A stretch of 64,000 nt of DNA from Octopus bimaculoides (GCF_001194135.2 NC_068983.1:155254437-155318436), one strand, 5' to 3'; shown: positions 25,395-38,149, counted from the stretch's first letter. Numbers and translations: made by a program. Notes: a model not told the origin generated them from the sequence alone.

Positions 25395-25780
25395 AACACT
25401 TGTGGTCACTTCATCTGCTAAAAATAGCAATGAAGTCTCCTTCAAATCACACCATACCATCTTAGAAAAGGATATGTTGGGTTAATGTCCTCCTGGCTTC
25501 TCTGTACCCAGGGATGGTCACGCCTGGGAACCTTTTGATCATTGGTCTGCTTGGTCATGGCTGACCTGAAACCGAACAGCTATAACAACCATAACCAAAA
25601 AAGCCAATGAGGAGGACTCCTTACATGCTAGAAATTCAAGCCAAATCTTATTTCATATTGCCATCATTAAAAAGAAAAAAAAGTGTTATGGTTGAAGCAT
25701 CTTTGATGATATCTGCTTGTTTCAGTATGATCCCGAGCTAAGCATCCTGACCATGATCCAGTCACTTTTGTCTGTGATCA
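25395..25780 (+). mobile_element. (CAA)n-tailed interspersed repeat, family F (two tandem copies)
   Basis: CTGCTAAAAATAGC...CAAATCACACC...GATGGTCAC...TTTGATCAT...GCTGACCTG motifs recur at 42640-42840, 44065-44295 and, reversed, near 59570-59735. Confidence 0.65.
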
Positions 25781-26715
25781 TCCCTTACCATTTTTTGATG
25801 TGAGATTGTGTATGCATATCAAAGAGTAGTGATGGTAGACGGGGTGGGGAGAGGGTATCATTGATTCCCTTTCCACTCCTTTTCTCAATACACTTGACTG
25901 CTTTTATGATGACTAACACCATCATTATTATATTAACTCTGACTAATACTATTAACATCTTGATGTGTAGGTGTAGTAAGGGGTACCATGACTGTTATGT
26001 AGTTTACTGTTTGACCTCCTCCTCTTACCTGACTGACACTCCTACTACCACAATAGGGACTTCCACCACCATTATCATTATCATCATCGTCATCAACACT
26101 GCTTCTACTGCGACTAATCCCAGCATTCATTGTGTCTAGTACAAGGTTGTACGAGAGGTTTGTGCACTTAATTAATTAACAAATATACCCACCATCACAT
26201 TTATCAATACTGAGCAACTACTGACCAATCATTCTATCCACTCAAGACTATTAACATTATTATAGGCCACAAAGCAATGCACTAGAGCCTCTATCTGCAC
26301 AACTGTGGCATACATAGCTTAGCATTGGACACCTTAGACCTATGGGATTCCCAAATAACAGCTCAGGGTCTCCATGCCTTATTGCAGCACTGCTATCCCA
26401 TGATCACTGACCATCTAAAACTATTGTTGCTATAGCTACTCTCCCATCAACTAGGACTAATCAAGGTGACTCTTATAAAGTTTGCTATGAGCGCAGGTAA
26501 TATATAATATTTTGAGGACCAATGATGTTTGAACTTTTTGATGAAGGAATCTTTCTGAATTGTTGGATAATTTTGGCCCCTATTCATAAGTAATTAAAAT
26601 GCTTTATTTTGTGAGATTTAAAATTTTGTTTTATTCTTTTTTTTATACATGTGTGAATATATGTGTATCTATACATATGTGTGTATGTGTATATATTTCT
26701 TTACCAAGGATAGTA

Positions 26716-26769
26716 TTGACAGTACTTTGATGATAACTTGGTCGGTTGAAACTTCGATGTCACTGTTAA
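26716..26769 (+). ncRNA. Fossil type-I hammerhead-ribozyme-like motif
   Basis: Stem I TTGACAGT/ACTGTTAA (8 bp including one G-U), core (ACT)TTGATGA, stem II AAC/GTT, then GAAA-C-TTCGAT-G-TC with cleavage triplet GUC. The core is imperfect. Confidence 0.45.
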
Positions 26770-27116
26770 AAATATTCTTGTCAAAGAATAATGAATTTGT
26801 ACTCTACCTAATGTAGAGAAATCCTTCAGTTTAATGTAAATTTGTTTTTATTATTACATAGAAACAAACGTTAATACGGATTACTGAACATGCATACAGA
26901 ATGTATGTGCTTTGCTTGTCTGCCAGCCGGCTGCGATTTAACATGGAGGAGATGACTCTTTCAAAGTGCTGTAATACATATATATATATATATATATACG
27001 ATCACACAAATGTGCATTTATACATGCACACATGCTTATCTGTGTGCATGTACATATGCATTCACATACTTAAATGCATATTTTAAGATATTTAATGTCA
27101 GTCATATATCTTTTAA

Positions 27117-27154
<38 letters not shown>

Positions 27155-27519
27155 GCAGTAATGCATGCGTGCATATTTAGTAATTGCATATAATAGAGCT
27201 TCAGTACTTTATCATAAATTATAAGCACATATATACGCAAACACATATGGACATGTTCCATTTTACAAGCATATACAGATGCATAAGTGCACATACAGAT
27301 ACACATGTATACACACACCAAGCCTTAGTCATTCATTAAGTCATAATTCAACACTCTTTTGTCATTTAATTTTCTCATCATTTGTTAATGTTATTGTTGC
27401 TGCTGTTACTACTGCTAAACAGGAGTTGATAATACAGAATTTGTGATTGAAAAAAAAATGGAAGAGAGGGACAAGACAAAAGACAATATTATGGAAGGAA
27501 AATGGATTGTTTTAATATA

Positions 27520-27918
27520 GTTTTGCTATATATACATATGTGCGTGTGTGTGAGAGAGAGAAAGAGGAAGAGTCAATGTGTATGTATATTTCTTTTCTGG
27601 GAGATTTCTTCATTCATATTTTGATCAATGTTGTGAGACATATCTCATTTTTATCTACCTATCTATATGTATGCGTGTCTATATATATATATATATATAT
27701 GTGAATATATACATATGCATAGACATATATTCATGCATAGATTTATATGCATATATGTCTGTGTCTCTCTCCATATATATATATGTACATGCATATATGT
27801 ATACATACAAGGAAATGTACATATGTGTCTATGTATATACTCGGATAAGTTTGTGTGTGAGCATACAGATATATATTTGCATATACATGTTTATCCACAT
27901 ATGTATATTCATTTGCTG

Positions 27919-27959
<41 letters not shown>

Positions 27960-28460
27960 TGTATAGTCATGTGTATACACATAAATACATATAACTATAT
28001 TCCTATAGATACTTATGTATGTACATATGTATATGTGTGTGTTTGAGTATAAGTATATATATAAGTGTGTGCACATGTATATGGCTATATATACATATAC
28101 CTATGTATATAAACATGTATACATATACAGATACCCATGCATATATGTGTATATAGATATGTTTATATGTATGTACATATTTGTATATGTATATACACAC
28201 ATTTGTATATATTTTTATATGTACACACATATATATATACTTATATTTATATACATATACACATTATGCATATATATATATACATATTTAAATATATGTA
28301 AAGATATGTATGTATATCATTTATTTATAAATATGTATATATATTTTTTTAGTTTTACACCTGCTTGGTGTATGTTTTTTGTGAATGTATATGTGTGTGT
28401 GTATATATATAATATATATATATGCATGTATATATATACACATACATATACATACACCTT
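27520..28460. repeat. Compound TA/CA/TG low-complexity microsatellite field
   Basis: About 900 bp of interleaved dinucleotide repeats. Similar fields occur at 3217-3485, 44700-45250 and 55430-55870. Confidence 0.95.
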
Positions 28461-28860
28461 ATTTTTAAAATCTACCATTTTTTCCCTTCTATCTGGTTTG
28501 ATCACAACATTCCAATGAATTTTTGCTAAATGGACAGAAGAATATAAATAAATGACAAAAAGAAAAAAAAATGATAAAAAAATGAACAGCAAGGAAAAAA
28601 TGGAAAGCATTTGAAGACAGTAAGAAAGAAAATTTATAATAATGCAGGAAATAGAAAAGGAAGAAGGCTTGATAAACTTAAAGAATTATATCTTTGAAAA
28701 GTAAGAAATAAAAAGAAAAAAAGATTCTGTGAAAAAAAAATACTGAAATGCAAAAACAGTTCTTGCATGTTCCCCTATTCTTGAAACCTGTACAGTAACT
28801 CTTTTTAAAAGAAGTCATCCAAAAGAAAAGGGAAATTTTTTTTTTCCATTTTATGTTTTT

Positions 28861-28897
<37 letters not shown>

Positions 28898-30118
28898 NNN
28901 NNNNNNNNNNNNNNNNNNGAAACAAAAACAACCCTAAAAGATCAATAGAAGAAAACTATTCTGTGAAACATTAAAAAAACCCTCCTTCCATCAAATATAT
29001 TTCACAAATGCTCCCCCTCTATCCACCACCCAATGCTTCTCCTTCCTTCCCCTCTAATATTTTTTTTAGTCAAATATATTATGTAAATTTTCCCACCTTC
29101 CTTTCTTCCTGTCAAACATATACAATATACAAACTCAATCCCAACCAAGACTTAATACAACTGACCCCATCCCCGTTTTTTGTAAATTCCGTTTTTCCCC
29201 CCTTTAAAGAAATACCCTTCCCCATTCAAACATAAAACAACTCCCAAGTCAAACGATTACAACTTTCTCATTTATGAGAATGATTCTTCTTTCGTCTACC
29301 GATTCTGGAAGAAATGTTTAATTTTGACCCTTTTTAGGGCAATACATATTGCCAGTTTTAATTAAATTCTTGTTATAAATTCGTTTTATTTTGTTCTTTT
29401 TATCTCTTTATTGTTTTTCACACATGCAACCACGTGATACATGAGTACCAAAATATCTATCTGTCTATCTATCCATACACATATGTGCATTTGTGTTTGT
29501 ATAGCCAGGTGGGGAAAGTTAAGGAAATCATTATTTCTGTTTGGGTAACAAAGGTATTCTCTCACTATGTGAAGGGTAGATTATTTGATGCCTATGTATA
29601 AGGTGTGATGATGTATTGAATTGGGCGAATGTGCGAAGGCTGGAAAGTAATGTGTGATGGTAATGTGATTGAATGATTGCATGCAAATGAACTTTGAGAA
29701 AATGTGTTATAAAAGGAATCAGGTGTGGAGTGAAAGCAAAAGTACTGTGCTGGTATGGGTATGTGATAGCAGTAACCAGAAAACTGTTCACTTTGGGTGA
29801 GGATGAGATCTGAACATAAACGCTACCACAGATGTCACCATTCTTGCTTCATTATTGCAACTGAAAGAAGTACTAAGTCATTCAAGTGGAAGGAACTTGC
29901 AAAAGAGAAAGATATGGGATAAAGATGAATGAACTGAGACTCGAGAAGGTGTTTGATAAGGGATTGTAATATTAATTTGTGGTGAAGCAGGACTGTGCTG
30001 CAAGAAAAAGACCTATAAAATAATGCTTATGTATTATTGATGACTTAGTGTAGATTTAAAATACTAGTTTTTGTTGTCGTTTTTTCTTTCTGCATATTAA
30101 CTTTTAATCCCTGATAAG

Positions 30119-30464
30119 TTGTTGGAACTCCGTCGCTTACGACGTCAAGGGTTCCAGTTGATCCGATCAACAGAACAGCCTGCTCTTGAAATTAACGTGC
30201 AAGTGGCTGAGCACTCCACAGACACGTGTACCCTTAACGTAATTCTCGGGGAGATTCAACGTGATACAGTGTGACAAGGCTGGCCTTTTGAAATACAGGT
30301 ACAACAGAAACATGAAGAAAATTGTGGTGAAAGAGTACAGCAGGGTTCGCCACCACCCCCTGCCGGAGCCTCGTGGAGCTTTAGGTGTTTTCGCTCAATA
30401 AACACTCACTATGCCCGGTTTGGGAATCGAAACCGCGAGTCCGCTGCTCTAACCACTGGGCCAT
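30119..30464 (-). mobile_element. Family B SINE
   Basis: Near-complete reverse complement of 43473-43858, with short deletions. Confidence 0.9.
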
Positions 30465-30579
30465 AAGTAACTTGGACAGAAACTACATTTCTACGAATAA
30501 GAGCAGATTTTTAAAGCATTCCTTTGGCCATTTTGAACTTCAGCCATTCTATGTGGTATGAAACTAATAATCCGACCAA

Positions 30580-30733
30580 CATCGATTTTCGATGCTCACA
30601 TGGGTTGGACGGTTTGACAGGGAGCTGCACCAGGTTCCATTTTACTGAGTGTACTGGGTGCATGTTATGTGTTACCTACGATCACCAGTGTTTTTTGCGT
30701 GGTACCAGCCAGGTCACCAAGTACATTGCAAGA
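30580..30733 (-). mobile_element. Degraded family D SINE
   Basis: CATGGGTTGGACGGTTTGAC..GAGCTGCACCAGG and CCAAGTACATTGCAAG match the reverse complements of other D copies. Confidence 0.6.
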
Positions 30734-31599
30734 CAAAAAATCTCTCAACTGGGGAAGGGAAGTAGTATTGATGGGATATGAATATGTGCCAGTTGAGAAA
30801 TTTAAGGTATAGAAGGTACAGCTATAGGTGCCATATGGTAGAGGAGACACGTGGATGTCCCAGTCGGAAAACAAAGTGAGTTAGAGAGTGAAAGAGATGA
30901 CAGCGAAGATGTGTCGGGACATACGCTCAAAGGACATTGGGGTGGTGGTGAAACTGGGTGAGGCTTTTGAGTTGGGTGGGTGGGCTTGATCCGGTGATCG
31001 TAGCAAATATTGAAGAGAAATATAGGCTGAAGGTTGCGATAGATATGTGAGGACATTGAGGATGATAGCAGGTAAATGAGGCGTTGATGATGGAGAGCAG
31101 CACAGGGAGGGGGTAGAAAGCGTAGAAATGAGGAGGTCATTGGTGAAGACAGTAGGTCGGAGAAAAGATAACTGAGAAAGCCAAGGGTGTAGTATGTGCC
31201 ATCTCTGTTCTCAGGTGCTGTCTTCAATACTGATGTAGCTGATATAACCTTCACTTTTGCTGCCAGACATTCCTACATTCTTGGTATCTCTACTTATAGT
31301 TTAGCATATTTTTTGTTTTTTGCGATATTTTTATCTAAAGGAATTGCAACGTCTATTGTGATGCATTCTCTTTTCCAAGTCATATATAATATTTGGGCCA
31401 CGCTGTTCAATTAGTCTGGATGTCAAAATCCCATAGAATATTTGATTTACTAAGTTCAGTTAGAATCACTTCTGCTACATGATCGTACTACTTATCAGAA
31501 GAATTCTGTCCATTTTTATTTTTATCCATTTATTCTTTTTTTAAGTGGCCACTATATCTGCCGTTGGCTTATTAAGAATAGAAAGCAATCGTGAGGAAC

Positions 31600-32600
31600 A
31601 AAGAGCGAATTACGTCATCGTCTAGGTGAAAGTGAAAAGAGAACAAATTGCATGGAAATAAACGAAATTAACTTGAAAGTGTAAGGTATGAACAATATAA
31701 ATGAGGATGAGATTGACAATATACATTTGATGGAATTGTTATTAAACGCAGAAATGGCCCAAAGGGCCAATCGAAATCTATCTCAGAAATGGCGAACACT
31801 TACGTCACTTCTGTCATATATTACCGCCTGACTGTTGTGCATTGCCCCAGTTCACGTCTTACCTAACTGGAGCGCCCGTTCTTCATTTTTCTGTGGCGGA
31901 GATGCATTCCACTGGTCAGTATTTGTTGTCAACACCCACTCAGTAGAGGATTGGACAAAATGTGGCAAATGATCCACAGACATACGCTAACATCTCCAGC
32001 ATTTCCTTGACGGTGAGCGGGTGTGATCGCCGTTTGCCTGGTTGACTTTTCCACAGTTCGCCTATTTGACAAAGTCACAGTTTTGGATCCGATATAGACC
32101 GAGAGAAAGTGCCTGGTATATCGAGCGACTTGGGACGCTCACAGCCCTCTGTCAGTCGGGCCATACAAGTGGAAATTTCACCACAGCGTTCTGTGGCGGA
32201 TTGGTGACGGGCAACAGCGACGATATACTCGATATACTTGAGGCTTCGACGGAAATCGATTGGTTGGTCTATTACATAGATCTTTCGGGCCATGCCTCAT
32301 GGACCAGTACAAGAAATCCCTGGCCTGGCAGTACTACCGGGAGATGGGCATTGCCAATTCGAGTTAAATCTGTAGCAAATTTGTTGAAAATTGTAAGTGG
32401 CAAGGACGGTTCAAGTAAACAGACTTACTCTGAGTGTGCGCCTATTGATTTAGGAATGAAAATAGGAATAGGGCAATTGCCCTGGAGTTTAGAGTGTTTG
32501 TGGTTTGGTGGTGGTGGGAGTTCTACGAGCAGCCCTCGGAGGATTTCCTACATTACTTTGGTGGTGGTGATGGTAGGTGGAATTATTTCTTGTTTGAACT
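31600..32600. promoter_or_regulatory. GC/CpG-rich island: candidate promoter or 5' exon region of unknown gene
   Basis: Sharp rise in GC and CpG. It contains CRE-like TTACGTCA (twice), CCAAT and YY1-like AAATGGCG, plus four GTAAG donors (+32393; -32428, -31862, -31803). Function is unresolved; see findings. Confidence 0.4.
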
Positions 32601-32711
32601 TTTGTTTGTTATCTCATTTTTATGTAACCTCACATTATATCATCCTGTACTATTCTCGATCTTTCTGTGAACCCTCAATGATCAATAAAAAAAAATCATT
32701 ATTACATGGGG

Positions 32712-32915
32712 GAACAAGGTGGCAGAATCGTTAGGGTGTGGAACAACGTCTTAGAGTAGTTCTTGCGACTCTTACTTTCTGAGTTGAAATCCTGCCGATG
32801 CGAACGTCGCCTCCCATCCACTCGGTGTCGATAATATAAAGTACCATTCAAGTACTGGAGTCAATGGTATCGACTAAAATTGCTGGCCTTGCGCCTAAAT
32901 TAGAAGCAATTATTT
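32712..32915 (+). mobile_element. Family C SINE followed by the head of another
   Basis: GGTGGCAGAATCGTTAG...CCATCCACTCGGTGTCGATAA..AAAGTACC...GGCCTTGCGCCT. Confidence 0.75.
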
Positions 32916-33210
32916 TAGGGCGGTGAATTGACAGGATTACTGGAGCGTCGGATAAAATGCCTTGCCGTATTTGATTTTGGTATTTGATTATGAATAAATT
33001 ACAAACAATTATTATATTCTACAAATGAAAGATTCGTTACAATATTTGGTTTCATGAGAAACGATATTTTTTAAAAAATTTAAGTTAGCAAAATATCGCA
33101 AAGAACACGTCCTTGAACATAAAACCCTCTAACGATAATGATATAACCTCATGATATACACGGAAAAGAAATTTGCACTATCTCCCTGTCCCTGTCTGAC
33201 TATATATGTA

Positions 33211-33247
<37 letters not shown>

Positions 33248-34467
33248 CATATGTGTGTGTGTGTGTGTATCTCTTATCGGCCTATAGCAGTACCATATTT
33301 TTTTCTATTATAAGTATTTGTTTAGGGTCCACAACAGAGCAAGCAGTCATAATACTAATTCATGTAACACGAATGACGATTAATACAATCACAGCATTAA
33401 AATGTGATTAGTTATTTACTATTAGCTGTCTATTTTTTTTTCTTTTTTTGCTAGTGTGAGAAGTATTTTTCGGTTCGTAAATACTTATTTTCGTTATTAT
33501 TTATACTCTTTAATGCGAGCGCCTTATACTTCGACTCTAAATGGGATTTAGATGAGTTTTCAACGGCAAAATTGTTTACAAATGCTTCTGCTAACTTCCG
33601 ATTGAAGTCGAGTTCTAACAAACCCCTAATTACATAGTTTCACTGTTGATTAGCGATCGACCAAGAACGATGGTAGAATTAAATCTATAAATCTATAACG
33701 AAGGGCGTAAAAATTGCAGTGTCGAAACTTGTCTTTTCTCCAGCAAGACCATAGACCCTGCGTAGTTTGTTTCTCTGTTCACTTACGGCAAGGTGGGAAC
33801 TAGAGTAAGAGAGCAAGAAAGGAGGTAGATATAGAAGAATGAGAAGAATAGGTTGTTAGATGCTGGTTGTTGATATGGAGATTGACTAGGAAAAGTAGCA
33901 TTAGTGATGTAATTGGGAAGGGAAAATGATGGGGTAGAGATAGAGAGGTGAAAGAGAATAATAGAAGTGGGATGGAGTGAGTATTATGTGGGAACGATAG
34001 AGAGAGAGAGAGATGAATAGCAATATTGATGCGTGATAATAAGGGCAATTGATGAGCAATAATGATTAGGGGTATGAAACAGAGAGACAGATGTTAATGA
34101 ATAACAAAAAAGAAAGTAACGAGACAGAGAAACTAGCAATAATGAATATATCTAGATCTGATATCAACCTTCATTATACAGGTGGCGTGATGGTATAGTG
34201 GTAGGGTCATAGAAGGGTAATAGCGAATTGGGAAGTTAAATACGAGTACGTCTAAATCCCAGCCACTATTACTACTATTTTTACATCCGTTTTGCTATTC
34301 TTGATTGAATGGGTAGCCCTTCTGCAACATCGCAGATCGCCGCTTGTGGTTCTTCGTCATCTTCATCGCGAGGTTCAGATTCATGAGATAAGTTTTCGTC
34401 ATTCCATTCTATATCTTCCTGTGTCTCCTTCTATTACAGGTACCATCCACTTGAAGCTCACCGTCAC

Positions 34468-35640
34468 ATTAGGTGCAAAAATAATGACGGTTTTTTATTT
34501 TAAAATTTGATGCTTATTTTGGAATAAACTTTCATTTAACTATGTTCATGTAACACACCATTTTGAAGTGCAGATTTTGTTTTATTGATTTGTGGTAATA
34601 GTTTTGCATTTACTGTTTCTTGTTTATTTTAAGCTGTCAATAAAAGGCAAAACAGAAAAACCCCAGTAAATTTGAGCGTTTGCATTGTTCGAGTCCAAAA
34701 TGGAACTTAAAACGGCAGAAACTGGTTGCAATATCATCCAAACGTTTAGTCAAAGAAACGTCAAGAAAAGTGCAGCTCAACATTGGTTCTAAAAGTTTCA
34801 GAGTAAGGACGAGAGCCTCGAGGAAAGTTATGGCTGACTTTCAACGATTGATAATAATCACTTGAAAGCCGTTGCTGAAATGAGCCACGTAAAAAGAACG
34901 CGAGAAATTGCAAAGGAACTAAACAGTAACCATTCAATAATTGTTCGACATTTGTATCACAGAGGATGTTATAGAAAAATGGTGTCACATGAGCTGAACG
35001 GAAATCTTTTAAAATCGCCATTACGAAGTTTGTTCTGAACTTTTGCATATCAAAAACAATCCATTTCTCGATCTTAGTATAAGGTGTGACAAAAATAGAA
35101 GTCTATACGGCAGCTATCAACATTCCGCACATTGTCGGGATATAGCTGAAGCTACCTATCACATTCTCCAACAGAATCCACATTAAAAGGATATAGTCAT
35201 GGTTTGGTTGTCGGTAAGTGGAATCATCTAACACTATTTCTTGAATTCTGATGAAAATGCAGTTGAGACGTATGATCAAGATCCGATAAAATACATCAAA
35301 AGTTCAAGGTTTATAGCCAGCATTGGTTAAATGAAAAGGACCAATTCTTCGTCATGACAAACACCAGACCCCATGAACCCCAAATGACTGCAAAAATTAA
35401 ATGAAATGGACTACAAAATTTGGTACCGGACTTCAACAACCAAGAAATAACTCAAAATACTATAGAGTAACTCATCAACATCAGGATTCTATAATTCTGT
35501 GCCATCAGAAAAAAGAACATGCTTCTTGCTGTCAGAAATGTGTAGATTCCAATGGCTATTTTTCTCTGTTAATAAAGTTTATCAGCTGAGATATATTCTA
35601 TTATAGTTGATAGAAACTCGCAATTACTTTTTCCACCTAC
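34468..35640 (+). mobile_element. Decayed full-length mariner transposon (cecropia/Hsmar1-like TIRs)
   Basis: Left TIR ATTAGGTGCAAAAATAATGACGGTTTTTT and right TIR AAACTCGCAATTACTTTTTTCCACCTAC. Internal remnants of W(V)SHEL, NNPFLD, GPILRHD-(T)RPH and CQKCVDSNGYF are visible, with many frameshifts. Confidence 0.9.
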
Positions 35641-36019
35641 CGGATCTAACTGTTCCTACACATAATATTCATCACATGTTTGTAGCAGTACAGTTTTACT
35701 TCTTACATATAACATTTGATTCCATTACATGCAGCTTTTCTCTCAGCTCATTTATGATTCGTCGTTCATACACACTAACATTACACATTCATTGGTGTAT
35801 GCGCGTTTCATTCTTTCTAGTCGTGGCAAAACTAACGGCATTCAAACCCTATATTTTCCCTATCGTGCAATATCTCACTTCGCTTACAAATGCCGTGCAA
35901 TCCGTCTTTTACTCCGAGAGAAAACGCCTTTGTTGCCAGCAGAAGATATATGTACCCTGAACTTTTTCCACCCCGTTCTTTAATCTGATTTTAAATCACT
36001 ATGCTTTTAAATCACCCAC

Positions 36020-36330
36020 CACCACTGTCAAGTACATGACCTAGGTAACAAAAGTTACCAACTACTTCTAGACGCCATCCGAATATTTGAAAGAATCTAT
36101 TTCAGGTGAACTCCTGCCACTAACTGCTCCTGTGCATCCATCATATACGAAGCCTGCCTTCTCTTTTATCTGTTTTTGATCCCGCTAAACCTCCTAAGCG
36201 CTTCTCTAGTTTACAGAGAATATATCACATGAAATTTCTATTCCCACCCACACACATTTCTTTTGGCTTGTCGTACACGGCTATTTTTCTACAGACAGCA
36301 GAATCTTGCCTCATATATAGAACCTTGCTT
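36020..36330 (-). mobile_element. Possible RTE-like LINE 3' remnant
   Basis: The minus frame GSKTDKREGRLRI*WM weakly resembles the RTE GKRxRGRPRxxW motif. Confidence 0.3.
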
Positions 36331-36751
36331 CTTCGCAACATTTTAACTACTAAAAGAGGAAATATTTAAGATATAACTTAAAGTAGCGCCTGGAATATTT
36401 TTGAGTGATTGGGGTAAAATTTTGGCATTAAAAACTAAATATATCTTCGATGTGGAGCTGCGCTCATATTACAAATATTTCCTCACGTTGTCCCGAGTGT
36501 GTTAGAACATATCCCATTATCTTAAGGTTTGAATAATTTTTCAATATCCCAACATGAAACAGACGTGAATATAAAAAATTTCAAACAATTACTGTGTAGG
36601 TTCTTTGGAAAAACGATGCATTGAGGACTGGGGTATCAAACTCTTTCATAGTTCAATAATGAAATATACTTTAAAAGTTTGAGGTATCCCTGGTAGTACC
36701 CCAGCAATGGCCACATGCCACTGGATAAATCAGTAAAAGAAAGCGGGTGTG

Positions 36752-36804
<53 letters not shown>

Positions 36805-36887
36805 ATATATATATATATATAGATAAATAGATATATATTTGCGTGTGTACGAGTGTATGTATAACATATATGTGTGTGTCAGTGTGT

Positions 36888-37062
36888 ATCTTTTATCTTT
36901 TACTTGTTTCAGTCATTAGACTGCGGCCATGCTGGAGCACCGCTAAGTTATGGAGACGTAAATACTGGAGCAACTCTAAGTTACAGAGACGTAAATACGC
37001 CAACACCAGTTGTTAAGTGGTAGTGGGCGACAAACACACACATACACACACACACACGTATG
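36888..37062 (-). mobile_element. Family E tail with internal deletion and 33-bp duplication
   Basis: CTGGAGCACCGCTAAGTTATGGAGACGTAAATA at 36932-36964 is imperfectly repeated at 36965-36997. Confidence 0.75.
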
Positions 37063-38149
37063 CATGTATAAGAAAAGGCATAAGTAATGGACTTTACATA
37101 TTTATTTGTGCATCGATCTATTGAGTAAATTGAACTATGAACCCACCAACGATGTATATCTGAAGCAGCTGTAGGTCTTTGCACAAATAAATAAATATTT
37201 ATGCCTTTTCTTATATATAACTCTGTGAGAAATACCATATTAACTGTGAAATGCATCCGTGGATTTACAAAGTCAATTGATGATGGACTTCAGCTTCGGA
37301 TCTTGTCTGAAGATTACCTGGAGTTCTATACCAAACTGAAAATATTTTGTTAGCTTAGTGTATTTATATTAACAGAGAGCACGAGAAGTATTTTGCCTCG
37401 GATTGATAATCCCTTATTAATGACTTATATATGTATGCAATATATATACATGTGTGTGTGTGTGTAACGCTTTATCTATCCATCTACCTACCTATCCACT
37501 TATTCAGATACAAACACACATACACCACATATGTTCTTATCCAAAATACGAAAGTGCTTAATATTCACAGATGTTAGAAGAGTGCTGAGTCAGTTTCATG
37601 TGTACTACGTATAAGCTAAACAAGATTACAGTCATACATCTACAGGTTTAGAGTAATAAGTTTAGAGTAATAATGCTAGTTGTCTTTAAGAGCGGATTGA
37701 GAAAAAATAACGTATAACGCTGAATAGATCGAATTTCACTTGACATTTTTAGATGGTCACATGTACTTTTACGTCAAGTTCCATCATTTTACATAAAAAG
37801 ACTGACTTAACGTTCATGTGATGGAAGGCATTATTAGTTATTAATTTCATTTTTTTTTTCTTGTGTGTATGCTTGAGATTAAATGGCAACTCGACAAAAT
37901 GTTGAATTTATCTTTATGACAAAAACCACTATTCTTAAATATTCACGCTTTTGTTCTGCGTTTAGCCAGTTATTCATATTTTGGTGTCCAAATATATTTG
38001 AAGATTGTTGTTGCGGTGTTTTCTGGGTACCAGAATGGAGTGAATTCATGATTTGGTGCATGATATTTTAAAAAGATTGCTCATGGAGGCTTATATAACT
38101 AAATGAATTGTAGAAACGTAAGCACAAGAATGCTTTTTTCTCTAGCCAT

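Noticed and set aside
27578-28518. Multiple 75-167 aa ORFs, also at 44642-45383 and 55412-56015
   Set aside because: They are translations of TA/CA/TG low-complexity DNA with no coding signature.
29530-31200. C-rich minus-strand ORFs (29531-29791, 30802-31254; also 33800-34048) as host genes
   Set aside because: No splice structure is evident. They have weak similarity to decayed I/Jockey-group LINE 3' regions, too faint to annotate either way.
31950-32040. Minus-strand RRSHPLTVKEMLEMLAYVCGSF as a Harbinger motif
   Set aside because: It lies on the opposite strand from the other Harbinger-like words, so at least one resemblance is coincidental. It was not used as evidence.
32200-32370. In-frame TGA in RYT*GFDGNRLVGLLHRSFGPCLMDQYKK read as selenocysteine
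   Set aside because: No recognisable selenoprotein motif or SECIS was seen, and the frame also has TAG and TAA stops nearby.
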